Notes: generated by a model from the sequence alone, not told the origin. A stretch of 56,876 bases of DNA from an uncultured Candidatus Saccharibacteria bacterium (GCA_964556325.1 CAZKVS010000006.1:1-56876); one strand, 5' to 3'. Shown: positions 35,448-43,724, numbered from the stretch's first letter. Numbers and translations are program-made.

Positions 35448-36803
35448 ATGCTAGATATTAAATTCATTCGAGAACATCAGGATGCCGTAAAAAAGGCAAT
35501 TCAAGATAAGCGCATAGACATTAACTTAGATGATTTATTGGACTTAGACGGCAAACGTCGGGACTTGCTCACGGAAGTAGAAAGCCTACAGGCAACAAAA
35601 AATCAAGTTTCTAAAGATATTCCTACGTTATCCGGCCCGGATAAGCAGGCAAAAATTTTGGAAATGCAAGAGGTGGATGGTCGCCAGACTGAACTCCAGG
35701 CAAGCTTGAGAGAAGTGTTGGTAAAATTTGATGATCTCATGTTACGGGTGCCAAATATTCCATCCCCGGAAACTCCCATTGGGAAAGATGACAGTGAAAA
35801 TGTGCCATGGCGGTACTGGTCGCCGGTTGTAGGAGAAGTTGACCCTACGGAAACGGAGAAAGTTGCGCAAGTTCCAACAAAGTTCGAGTTTGAAGTGAAA
35901 GACCACATGGACCTTGCTCGAAGCTTAGATTTGATTGACACGGACGCCGGCGTGAAGACATCCGGTTTTCGTGGGTACTACTTGAAAAATGAGGCAGTAC
36001 TCATGCAGTACGGCCTTATGTGGCACGCCATGGAAAAGCTCCGAAAAAAAGGTTTTACCATTATGGCTACACCGACTTTGGTCCGCGGGAGCGTCTTAAC
36101 GGGGTCTGGTCATTTTCCGTTTGATACAGAAAATATTTATCAAGTAGAGAGCGCTGGACGTTTAAACAGTGGCAAGGCAGAAGAAAAGGAGCCTTTGTAT
36201 TTGGCAGGGACAAGCGAACCAAGCTTGCTGGCCTATTATGCAGATCAAGTACTTGAAGAAAAAGATTTGCCTGTAAAGCTGGCTGGTATATCTACGTGCT
36301 ATCGTAGTGAAATCGGGAGCTACGGCAAAGATACGAAAGGCGTGTACCGTATTCATGAGTTTATGAAAGTGGAACAGGTGGTGTTGTGCAAGGCGGACAC
36401 GATAGAAGGTGATCAGTGGTTGGAAACACTTCGCGGGATTGCTGAAGAGTTGTTACAAGATTTGCAATTGCCGTACCGTGTACTCAATATTTGTACCGGT
36501 GATATGGGTGCGGGTAAGTACAAGATGTACGACGTGGAAACTTGGATGCCCGCTCGGGGTAAGTATGGGGAGACACATAGCGACTCGAACTTGACTGACT
36601 GGCAAGCGCGGAGGTTAAATATTCGCTACAAAACTGCAGACGGTAAGTTGAAACATGTATTCACGCTTAATAACACAGCGGTTGCCAGTCCGCGCATTTT
36701 AGTTGCCTTGCTTGAGAACTATCAACAAGCTGACGGCAGTGTGAAAGTTCCAGAGGTATTACAGAAGTACGTTGGTACGGATCTTATCAAGCCAAAGCAA
36801 TAA
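35448..36803 (+). CDS. serS: seryl-tRNA synthetase
   Basis: N-terminal coiled-coil arm (MLDIKFIREH...) and class II motifs (YRIHEFMKVEQV, TLNNTAVASPRILVALLENYQ). Confidence 0.93.
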   Translation: MLDIKFIREHQDAVKKAIQDKRIDINLDDLLDLDGKRRDLLTEVESLQATKNQVSKDIPTLSGPDKQAKILEMQEVDGRQTELQASLREVLVKFDDLMLRVPNIPSPETPIGKDDSENVPWRYWSPVVGEVDPTETEKVAQVPTKFEFEVKDHMDLARSLDLIDTDAGVKTSGFRGYYLKNEAVLMQYGLMWHAMEKLRKKGFTIMATPTLVRGSVLTGSGHFPFDTENIYQVESAGRLNSGKAEEKEPLYLAGTSEPSLLAYYADQVLEEKDLPVKLAGISTCYRSEIGSYGKDTKGVYRIHEFMKVEQVVLCKADTIEGDQWLETLRGIAEELLQDLQLPYRVLNICTGDMGAGKYKMYDVETWMPARGKYGETHSDSNLTDWQARRLNIRYKTADGKLKHVFTLNNTAVASPRILVALLENYQQADGSVKVPEVLQKYVGTDLIKPKQ

Positions 36804-36837
36804 CCTGGAATAAGAAATAGCGTACCCAGTTTTTACT

Positions 36838-38097
36838 ATGAGACATATTATAGAACCAGTATTGGCATTTTTTGCTCGCAAGATTGTGGCAAAGTACCAG
36901 CCAAAGATTGTGGGCATAACCGGCAGCGTGGGTAAAACCTCGACTCGAGCGGCTGTATTTGCCGTGGTGTCGGGGCGGTTTAGCGCGTATACACCTCCTA
37001 AAAACTTAAACGATAAAATTGGTTTGCCATTGGGTATTATTGGTATGGATAGTCCTGGGAAGAGTTTTGTGGGATGGGTGAAGGTTATAGTACGGGCTAT
37101 TTCGTTACTGGTATTTAAGCAAAAATATCCAGAGGTTTTGGTATTGGAATATGGCATAGATAGAGTAGGGGAAATGCAGCAATTGCTGGCTATCGCTACT
37201 CCCCACGTATCGGTACTCACAAGCATCGGCTTTTCGCACTATGAGTTTTTTAACGATATTGAAACTGTTGCTCGTGAAAAAGGATACATTTTGCAAGCGC
37301 TTCAAACAGGCGGAATTGCCGTGCTGAATGGCGATGACTCGCGAGTACTAGCACAGGCCTCCGGTTTAAATAGTGCTGTTGTCACATATGGTCATGGTAC
37401 TCAAACAGTGAGTCTGATAGAAAAGGTTGAGGCTTTTACCGATACTCCTGTAACTAATGTACAGATACGAACTTCTTATTTTAGTGTGTCTGCCCAGCTT
37501 TTCGCCTTGGGTGCGCCCCATGTGAGCGCGGCGCTTGCTGCTGTCGCTGTTGCGGAGGCCTTAGGGGTAGAAGAGAGCGCGATTGTGCGAGGCCTGTCCG
37601 CATATAGGCCTGTGCCGGGCCGCCTCAACGTGATTGGCGGTCTCCGGCGGTCATGGATTATAGATGATACCTACAATGCATCGCCTGACTCTATGCGCGA
37701 GGCATTGGCATTGCTTAGCCGTTTTCCCGGTTCACATAAAATAGCTGTTCTAGGTGATATGCTGGAGTTGGGTTCAGTATCGGACGCTGAGCATGTTGCT
37801 ATCGGAACGCAGGTGGCAACAGTGGGAGTAAATCACTTAGTGACGGTAGGTCCGAGTGGGAAAATAATCGCTGAAGCAGCGTTGGCTGCAGGGTTACCAG
37901 AGGAACGGGTTATTAGTTTTGATACATCAGCCCAGGCAACTGTGACCGTTCAAGAGCTTATGCGTGAAGGTAGTGTGGTGTTGGTAAAAGGTAGCCAGGG
38001 GGTGCGCATGGAACGGGTTACGAAGGAGATAATGGCTGAACCCATGCGTGCAGCCGATGTCCTTTGTCGACAGTATGGTAAATGGCTACAATCATAA
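36838..38097 (+). CDS. murF: UDP-N-acetylmuramoyl-tripeptide--D-alanyl-D-alanine ligase
   Basis: Mur ligase P-loop GITGSVGKTSTR and the MurF-type motif IIDDTYNASPDSM. Confidence 0.85.
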   Translation: MRHIIEPVLAFFARKIVAKYQPKIVGITGSVGKTSTRAAVFAVVSGRFSAYTPPKNLNDKIGLPLGIIGMDSPGKSFVGWVKVIVRAISLLVFKQKYPEVLVLEYGIDRVGEMQQLLAIATPHVSVLTSIGFSHYEFFNDIETVAREKGYILQALQTGGIAVLNGDDSRVLAQASGLNSAVVTYGHGTQTVSLIEKVEAFTDTPVTNVQIRTSYFSVSAQLFALGAPHVSAALAAVAVAEALGVEESAIVRGLSAYRPVPGRLNVIGGLRRSWIIDDTYNASPDSMREALALLSRFPGSHKIAVLGDMLELGSVSDAEHVAIGTQVATVGVNHLVTVGPSGKIIAEAALAAGLPEERVISFDTSAQATVTVQELMREGSVVLVKGSQGVRMERVTKEIMAEPMRAADVLCRQYGKWLQS

Positions 38098-38098
38098 C

Positions 38099-38570
38099 AG
38101 ATACCAATATACCAATGAGTACCAATAATACCAATGGATACGAATAATGGTAGTGTCCCAGAACTATTATTTCCTGAATTATCGTACCAAATAACGGGCG
38201 CGCTGTTTCGTACTCACAATGCGCTGGGCCCATATGCACGTGAAAAACAGTATGGTGATTTACTTGCAACGGAATTAGGTGCAGTACATCTAAACTATAT
38301 TAGAGAATGTAGAATTGGAGATAGCGGCAATATTGTAGATTTTGTAGTCGAAGGTAAGATCTTAGTAGAGTTAAAAGCTAAGCGTATACTCCAACGGGAA
38401 GATTATGAACAAGTGCAGCGGTACCTCCAGGAAAGCACATTGCGTTTAGGTCTTTTGGTGAACTTTAGAAACAAATACATTAAGCCTATAAGAATTGTGC
38501 ATATAGATAACTTGCGCAAACAATATTAGTATTTATTTGTATCATTAGTATCATTCGTATATTGGTATCT
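38099..38570. mobile_element. hairpin-bounded cassette carrying the GxxExxY gene (candidate small mobile element)
   Basis: AGATACCAATATAC (38099-38112) and GTATATTGGTATCT (38557-38570) are perfect 14-bp terminal inverted repeats. They are identical to the ends of the ORF-less copy at 35318-35425. Confidence 0.4.
38134..38529 (+). CDS. GxxExxY family protein (PD-(D/E)XK nuclease-like fold)
   Basis: 131 aa with ...ELSYQITGALFRTHNALGPYAREKQYGDLLATEL..., D-x-V(V)EGKILVELK (D...ExK-like) and LGLLVNF, as I remember for the GxxExxY (TIGR04256-type) family. Confidence 0.7.
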   Translation: MDTNNGSVPELLFPELSYQITGALFRTHNALGPYAREKQYGDLLATELGAVHLNYIRECRIGDSGNIVDFVVEGKILVELKAKRILQREDYEQVQRYLQESTLRLGLLVNFRNKYIKPIRIVHIDNLRKQY

Positions 38571-38590
38571 ATTATATTTAGGACTATCTA

Positions 38591-39676
38591 ATGTTTAGAA
38601 ATAAAAAAAAGTTACCTTCAAAAGTTAAATATCAGTCTACCCAGTTTAAGACTAAGCTTGCTCGAGCTCGGACTTATCAGCGTAATCCGGGTAGTTGGTC
38701 AAAGTTCATCCGAACTGTGCAATCCTGGCGGTGGTCTTTTCGTACGTGGCTGTTCGCCATAGTGGCCGTTATTGTGTTTTGCTTTGGTCTATACATATCC
38801 TTCTATCCAAATTGGTTTTTTGTCCGTGATATAAAAGTTGTTGGCGCTCGCATTGGCTTGGAGCAAGAACTGCGTGGTCAGGTTGATCGGTACTTGGCGC
38901 AACGTGCATTTGTTTTGCCGCATAGGAACTTACTCTTTTTAAGCCGTACAGACTTGCAGTCATATATTCTCGCGGTTAACCCCGGGGTATGGCGAGTGGA
39001 CGAAGTGAAAAAAGAGTGGCCACATTCACTCGTAGTCCGAGTTGCGCCGCGAGATCCTGTCTTTACTGTTATTACCCACGAGGGGACGTGGCTTGTTTCC
39101 AATGACGGACTCACTCTTCCCAGCACTATGCAGTCGGTTAATACTTTGCTGGTTTCAGCACAAGGTCTAAAAGCCCCTGAGTTAGGAAAGAATTATTTTA
39201 CCGGCAATTTGCTTGCGACGTTGGCTGCTGTTAAAAAGGATTTTGTAGGTCTTACCGGTTTGTCTGCTCCTACGCAGGTAGTACTCAAGCCTGTTGTGCT
39301 TGATACTCGAATATTAAATGTGCCTAACAGCCTTCCTGCAGCAACCTCGGCATTAAATACTGGCCTTCAGGTTGATCCGCTCGCGCCCGTTGTTTCTAGT
39401 CTCATGCCTGAGGAGGTGCTCGTAGTTGTGCCTGCTGGGGCTCAAACTTCTGCCTTTAGTATCTTGCTTCAAACAGCGGAAAGTTTTGATGACGTGTTCC
39501 GCCAGATACAGATTCTCATATCTAAGCAAACGCCTGACAGGTTGCAGCACTTGTCTTACATAGATATGCGTTTTGCAGGCAAGGCTTTTATATGTTTACA
39601 AAATACGCCTTGTGCGAAGCCGTTGGAGGCGGTCGCTCCGCTAGCGCCAACTGTTCCAGTTCCTGCCCAGAAATAA
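38591..39676 (+). CDS. ftsQ: cell division protein FtsQ-like (TM helix + POTRA domain)
   Basis: TM helix (LFAIVAVIVFCFGLYISF) followed by POTRA-like FVRDIKVVGARIGLEQELRGQV. It lies next to murF. Confidence 0.6.
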   Translation: MFRNKKKLPSKVKYQSTQFKTKLARARTYQRNPGSWSKFIRTVQSWRWSFRTWLFAIVAVIVFCFGLYISFYPNWFFVRDIKVVGARIGLEQELRGQVDRYLAQRAFVLPHRNLLFLSRTDLQSYILAVNPGVWRVDEVKKEWPHSLVVRVAPRDPVFTVITHEGTWLVSNDGLTLPSTMQSVNTLLVSAQGLKAPELGKNYFTGNLLATLAAVKKDFVGLTGLSAPTQVVLKPVVLDTRILNVPNSLPAATSALNTGLQVDPLAPVVSSLMPEEVLVVVPAGAQTSAFSILLQTAESFDDVFRQIQILISKQTPDRLQHLSYIDMRFAGKAFICLQNTPCAKPLEAVAPLAPTVPVPAQK

Positions 39677-39690
39677 AGATTGGTCATTCA

Positions 39691-39718
39691 AAAAGAGCAC
39701 TCGTATGAGTGCTCTTTT
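39691..39718. terminator. bidirectional terminator between ftsQ (+) and thrS (-)
   Basis: AAAAGAGCACTC (39691-39702) pairs with GAGTGCTCTTTT (39707-39718). An A-run precedes the stem and a T-run follows it. Confidence 0.8.
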
Positions 39719-39730
39719 GTTTTGTAGATA

Positions 39731-41476
39731 TTATTGTTTGGTTTGAATTTCCGTCTGTAGTTTTTGGACAAAGTCGGCTATAGACATACTACCTAAGTCT
39801 GCGTCGCCTCGGCCTCGTACGCTTACCATGTGCGCTTCTATTTCTTTGTCGCCAACTACAGCCATGTAGGGCACCTTGGTCTTTGCCGCTTCGCGAATTT
39901 TTTTACCAACCGACTCACTGCGTTCGTCTACTTCAATACGAGCATCGGGCAGTATTTGTTCTATTTCTTGCTTGACTTGTTGAGCGTACGCAATATGTTT
40001 GTCGCTGATAGGTAAGATAGTAACCTGCATGGGTGAAAGCCAAGTAGGAAATGCCCCAGCATAATGCTCAATGAGCACTGATAGGAAACGTTCAATAGAG
40101 CCCATAATTGCTGCGTGAACCATAACGGGAGTTTCTTTTTGGCCTTCGCTGTTCGTGTATTCAAGACCAAACCGACCCGGCATATTCATGTCTACTTGTA
40201 TGGTTGCTACTTGGTGGTCTCGCCCAATCGCATCTTTACCCATAAAGTCTAATTTCGGTCCGTAAAACGCAGCCTCGCCCACGCCGTCAAATGTTTCTAC
40301 GTGTTTCTCTGCGGCAAGTTCTCTTAGCATATTTTCCGCTTTCCCCCATAACTCTGGATCACCTTGGTATTTTTCCATATGCGCTGGGTCGTGCATTGAT
40401 AGGCGAACTCTTAAGTTAAATCCAAAGGTGTTATAGAATTTTTGTACTATTTCCCACGCATGGGATAGCTCCTCTTTGACTTGATCAAAGCGAGCGAAGA
40501 CATGGGCATCATCTTGGGTAATGGCGCGTACTCGAGATAAACCTGCTAGCTCTCCCGATTGCTCATCGCGGTACACCATGGTGGTGTTCGCATATCGTTG
40601 AGGCATCTCTCGGTAGCTCCAGGCTTTGCGTCCAAATATTTGTGTATGATGCGGACAGTTCATAGGCTTCATGGCAAATTCATGCCCTTCTCGTGTCTTA
40701 ATTCGCATGAGCTCGTCGGCAAATTTGCTCCAATGACCAGACGTCTCGTACAAATCTTTTTTGGTAATGTGAGGGATTTCCACCTTCATGTAGCCTGCCG
40801 CTTTACGGAGTGACCACAAATAGTCGTCTAAAAGATTTCGAACAAGAGTACCTTTGGGGGTCCAGAGAGGCAAGCCGGCGCCGACCAACTCAGAGAAAAC
40901 AAACAGATCCAACTGTGGCCCGAGGATTTTATGGTCACGTTTTTTTGCTTCCTCTATCATCTGCTCGTATTGCTCGAGTTCATCCTTTGAATTAAAGGCT
41001 AAGCCGTAGATGCGAGTGAGCATTTTATTTTTTTCATCACCGCGCCAGTATGCCCCTGCCACTTTGGCAAGCTTGAAGCTCCCAGGGTCAATGTTCTTCA
41101 TGTTTTCTGCGTGTCCGCCACGGCAGAGGTCCCAGTAATCGCCGGATTTGTAGAAGCTGACTTTTTCACCGTCCTTGGTAAACTCTTCTATGAGCTCGTG
41201 CTTATACTCGTTTCCAGGGTATTCTGCCTTTGCCTCCTCAGCCGTGAGCTCTGAGCGCTCAAAACCATCCCAGGTGGGCAAAATTTTGCGCATCTGCTTT
41301 TGTATCTGGGGTAAGTCTTCGTCTGAAATAGGTGTACTAAACTCAAAGTCGAAATAGAAACCATTGTCTATGGCTGGGCCAATAGTCCGTTTTGCGTCCG
41401 GATACAGTTGCATAACTGCTGCGGCAAGTAAGTGGGCGAGTGAGTGACGTTTGTTTTGCAATTGTTCGTCGTTCAT
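39731..41476 (-). CDS. thrS: threonyl-tRNA synthetase (lacks the N-terminal TGS domain)
   Basis: It begins at the editing-domain motif RHSLAHLLAAAV and has class II motifs and an anticodon-binding domain. The start is taken at ATG 41476 (MNDEQLQ...) rather than the track's 41569. Confidence 0.9.
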   Translation of the reverse strand: MNDEQLQNKRHSLAHLLAAAVMQLYPDAKRTIGPAIDNGFYFDFEFSTPISDEDLPQIQKQMRKILPTWDGFERSELTAEEAKAEYPGNEYKHELIEEFTKDGEKVSFYKSGDYWDLCRGGHAENMKNIDPGSFKLAKVAGAYWRGDEKNKMLTRIYGLAFNSKDELEQYEQMIEEAKKRDHKILGPQLDLFVFSELVGAGLPLWTPKGTLVRNLLDDYLWSLRKAAGYMKVEIPHITKKDLYETSGHWSKFADELMRIKTREGHEFAMKPMNCPHHTQIFGRKAWSYREMPQRYANTTMVYRDEQSGELAGLSRVRAITQDDAHVFARFDQVKEELSHAWEIVQKFYNTFGFNLRVRLSMHDPAHMEKYQGDPELWGKAENMLRELAAEKHVETFDGVGEAAFYGPKLDFMGKDAIGRDHQVATIQVDMNMPGRFGLEYTNSEGQKETPVMVHAAIMGSIERFLSVLIEHYAGAFPTWLSPMQVTILPISDKHIAYAQQVKQEIEQILPDARIEVDERSESVGKKIREAAKTKVPYMAVVGDKEIEAHMVSVRGRGDADLGSMSIADFVQKLQTEIQTKQ

Positions 41477-41845
41477 ATGATTAGTAATCAGTAAATAGTA
41501 AGTAGTAAAAAGTAATAAGTAAAGATTGATAATATTCTTGCTTTGCCATTGCGAGTGCATCCGAAGCAATCTCTCATTTGCATAGTAGATTGCTACCTGA
41601 TGCCCATGGCATTGCCGTGGCGGGCGGGCGTCACAGAGCTTCTCTTCGAGTCTGAGCGATGAGGCCCAGGACTCAGAGTCGAACGACCTCGCAATGACAG
41701 TGTATGTTTGGCTGATTTGCCCCAGGGCAAAACCAGCCTATCTAGTCAGGCTTCTGCGGTACTTTTCTTGCGGTAGTAATCGATTCGACATATGCAGTCC
41801 CATTACTACAATACTTCTAAGTATCGAAGTAATGTTAATATATTA

Positions 41846-41901
41846 TTTTAAAATAAAAACCCAGATTACAAATATGAATACATTCATATCTATAATCTGG
41901 G
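41846..41901 (-). terminator. rho-independent terminator on the minus strand (end of ncRNA unit B)
   Basis: CCCAGATTA (41860-41868) pairs with TAATCTGGG (41893-41901), with an inner palindrome ATATGAAT..ATTCATAT. On the minus strand it is followed by TTTTTATTTTAAA. There is no T-run on the plus side. Confidence 0.65.
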
Positions 41902-42353
41902 GTCTATCCTGGTGGATGACGGTTCCGTCCCAGCGTGCTTTGGCACAAAGCACGTCCTGAGCGAAGTCGAAGGGTCGTCTTTCAAGCCAAAGCCTTTTAA
42001 AATATTAACTTGTTTCAGGCTCCGCGGGTTGGTAGTCCACATTAACACCTGAAAGGTACTACATTAATTATACCTAGGCTAAAATAAATGCGCAAATAGT
42101 AATGCCAGGCGCATTTGGAGTGTGGTCACCAAAAGATTACGCCTGGCGGGTTGGTTGAGACAATGGTGTCTCCTCCTTCGTGTGGAATATAAACATTCTT
42201 TTTGGCCTTCATCAGGTTGAGATTCGGTTTTGGATACGCCGACATCAGCTCATTGCGCCAAAGCTATGACGTTTAGACAGCGGGCTGTCTGAGGTTTGTG
42301 CCGGGCCCAGGGTCCGAACCGTCTTTAATAGCGGCCTACTCGGAGATGTTATT
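41846..42353 (-). ncRNA. candidate structured ncRNA unit B (~0.5 kb, unknown class)
   Basis: It is bounded by the TTGCTG-17-TATAAT promoter (42388-42360) and the terminator at 41901-41846. Internal helices include 42092-42099/42140-42147 (GCCAGGCG/CGCCTGGC), 42275-42280/42285-42290 and 41934-41952 (GTGCTTTG/CAAAGCAC). There is no plausible ORF. Strand choice is tentative. Confidence 0.35.
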
Positions 42354-42359
42354 TAGCTG

Positions 42360-42388
42360 ATTATAGCCGGTTAGGCAGCTTGCAGCAA
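42360..42388 (-). promoter_or_regulatory. minus-strand promoter TTGCTG-17-TATAAT
   Basis: The reverse complement of 42383-42388 is TTGCTG and of 42360-42365 is TATAAT, with a 17-nt spacer. It sits directly after the U-tract of the upstream terminator-like hairpin. Confidence 0.45.
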
Positions 42389-42454
42389 ATAAAAAAGGAC
42401 CCACGACGTGTACAGCGCGAAAAGGTTGGCCTTTCAAAGAGCAGACGTCGTGGG
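42386..42454 (-). terminator. terminator-like hairpin plus U-tract on the minus strand (end of ncRNA unit A)
   Basis: CCCACGACGT (42400-42409) pairs with ACGTCGTGGG (42445-42454), 10 bp perfect, with an inner AAAGG/CCTTT hairpin. On the minus strand it is followed by TCCTTTTTTATTT. Confidence 0.45.
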
Positions 42455-43599
42455 CATAAAAAAGGAGGGAGGTAACTTGTAAAACTCAAGGCCAGGAGTG
42501 ACACAGTGGTGTCCATTCCTGCAAAATTTACTGGGCCACAAAACTGACCTTGAGTTTGCCGATTGTCCCGACTAAGAGTCGGGACAGAAATCTGAGACGC
42601 TCAGGAGCGTGAGCCAAACTTTGTTCGTGCTCAGTGATGCCGCTCCGTGGACTGGAGGAAGTGAGTCCACTTATTAAGCGCCTCAGCGCGCAACGCTATT
42701 TTTAGCCAGCCGGTGGCGTTGCGCGGGGCAAAAGAAATCCCTTATAAATTTTGCGAACTTGGAAAGTTGCCAACGCGAGCCAGAGGCTCGTGCGAACTGT
42801 CCGGGCCCGGCTGATGGGCTCGCGTTGGCAACAGCGGTCTTGGGTGCCTCACTCACCGTCGACCGAGACGAATATCTATCGTGGTAATCCAGGTGTGCTG
42901 GAGGCCCGCTTGCTTTTCTACCATTTGCGGGTTGCGTGTGGATTACCACGATCTTGTGCGCAACTTTACATTGTCGCGCAAGGGGTACCACAGTGACTGC
43001 GGCTAGGTTGGCAAAGCTAGCCAAGCATCCGCACCAGCATTCTAGGCACAGTCACTGTGATCTTGTTGGGAGCGCGTTTGTGCGCTCAACCAAGTCCTGG
43101 AGCAGGACTACGGAGCAGCGCGGGCAGCTCCTCCGTAGTCCTGTGCGATGAGGGCTGAGTCTATCGCAAAGAGGTTTCATGGTAGCTGGGTTTGACCCCA
43201 GCAAAGCTTTTGGAAGGAGGTTTTACAAACTTCCAGCTACCATGAACTTGGTGTAGTGAGCGGCGCAAGGTCGCGCTCGAACCACGGAGTGGTTTTGTAG
43301 GAAAAAACCATAACCGCCCGGGCGATCGTAGCTCAGCATGTAATGCTAGAAGCGATGGTTTTTCCCTACAAACTTATAAAATTTGAGGAAACTAAAATTC
43401 GCAAAATTTGCGTTATGTTTCCTCGTGAAAATTTTTAAGCCAGTGACAACTACGCGGGGCGTTGTGGTGAGCTAGTTTGACCGGCGGGGAAGCCAGTCGG
43501 TTCATCTCAAGCGGTTCAAGTGGCGGCTCTATTGGGCCGCCTCAAGTGGTCGCAGGTGGGATTAACCTAGCGGTTTGTGTAGTTGTCACCGGACTATCT
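42386..43599 (-). ncRNA. candidate giant structured ncRNA unit A (~1.2 kb, unknown class)
   Basis: A chain of at least 12 long helices (8-16 bp, mostly perfect) fills 42482-43592; coordinates are in the findings. The TTGACA-18-TACACT promoter at 43635-43606 lies upstream. Single mismatches in three helices become G-U pairs only on the minus strand. The sequence is GC-rich relative to other spacers. Only noise-like ORFs are present. Confidence 0.4.
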
Positions 43600-43605
43600 G
43601 CGCAC

Positions 43606-43635
43606 AGTGTACGCCTGGTGAATTGTCTTTGTCAA
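43606..43635 (-). promoter_or_regulatory. minus-strand promoter TTGACA-18-TACACT
   Basis: The reverse complement of 43630-43635 is TTGACA and of 43606-43611 is TACACT, with an 18-nt spacer. It lies just downstream of the dnaE terminator. Confidence 0.45.
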
Positions 43636-43646
43636 ATAAAAGCAAA

Positions 43647-43683
43647 ATCGACTCCCGTAGTTTGTTCGGGGGTCGATTTTTTC
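43647..43683. terminator. bidirectional terminator hairpin 3' of dnaE
   Basis: ATCGACTCCCG (43647-43657) pairs with CGGGGGTCGAT (43667-43677). The plus side is followed by TTTTTTC and the minus side by TTTTGCTTTTATTT. T43653/G43671 is a wobble on the plus strand and a C/A mismatch on the minus strand. Confidence 0.7.
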
Positions 43684-43724
43684 TGACTTTCCTGTACACT
43701 TTTCACTGTTCACTTTCCACTATC

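Noticed and set aside
36759-37226. A 155-aa ORF antisense to the serS end and murF start. Similar antisense ORFs occur at 19679-20023, 50708-51196, 23291-23698, 8591-8974 and 13530-14544.
   Set aside because: Each is embedded in a well-supported gene on the other strand and has no recognisable domain or start context.
41770-41810. A tmRNA-like 5' motif (..AATCGATTCGACAT..) and a TCCACCA string at ~41908 (minus strand).
   Set aside because: There is no GGGG-type acceptor strand and no complementary 3' acceptor strand. There is no 5-bp/7-nt T-arm (only a GACG-GAAC-CGTC mini-hairpin) and no plausible tag reading frame.
41900-43600. Possibility that the large structured region is rRNA, RNase P RNA, SRP RNA or an ORF-less group II intron.
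   Set aside because: By eye none of the universal signatures is present on either strand. I checked for GTGCCAGCAGCCGCGGTAA and TGTACACACCGCCCGTC (16S), GAGGAAAGTCCGG and ACAGAACCCGGCTTA (RNase P), GGTCCGGAAGGAAGCAGCC (SRP), and a 5' GTGYG plus a domain V consensus (group II). This is a manual check only and needs cmsearch.
41900-43600. Replication origin (oriC) or an integron attC array as an explanation for the palindrome-rich gap.
   Set aside because: Only isolated one-mismatch DnaA-box-like 9-mers are present (TGTGGATTA at ~42936, TGTGGAATA at ~42181), with no cluster or AT-rich unwinding element. The helix ends do not fit the attC RYYYAAC/GTTRRRY cores, there are no cassette ORFs, and there is no integrase.
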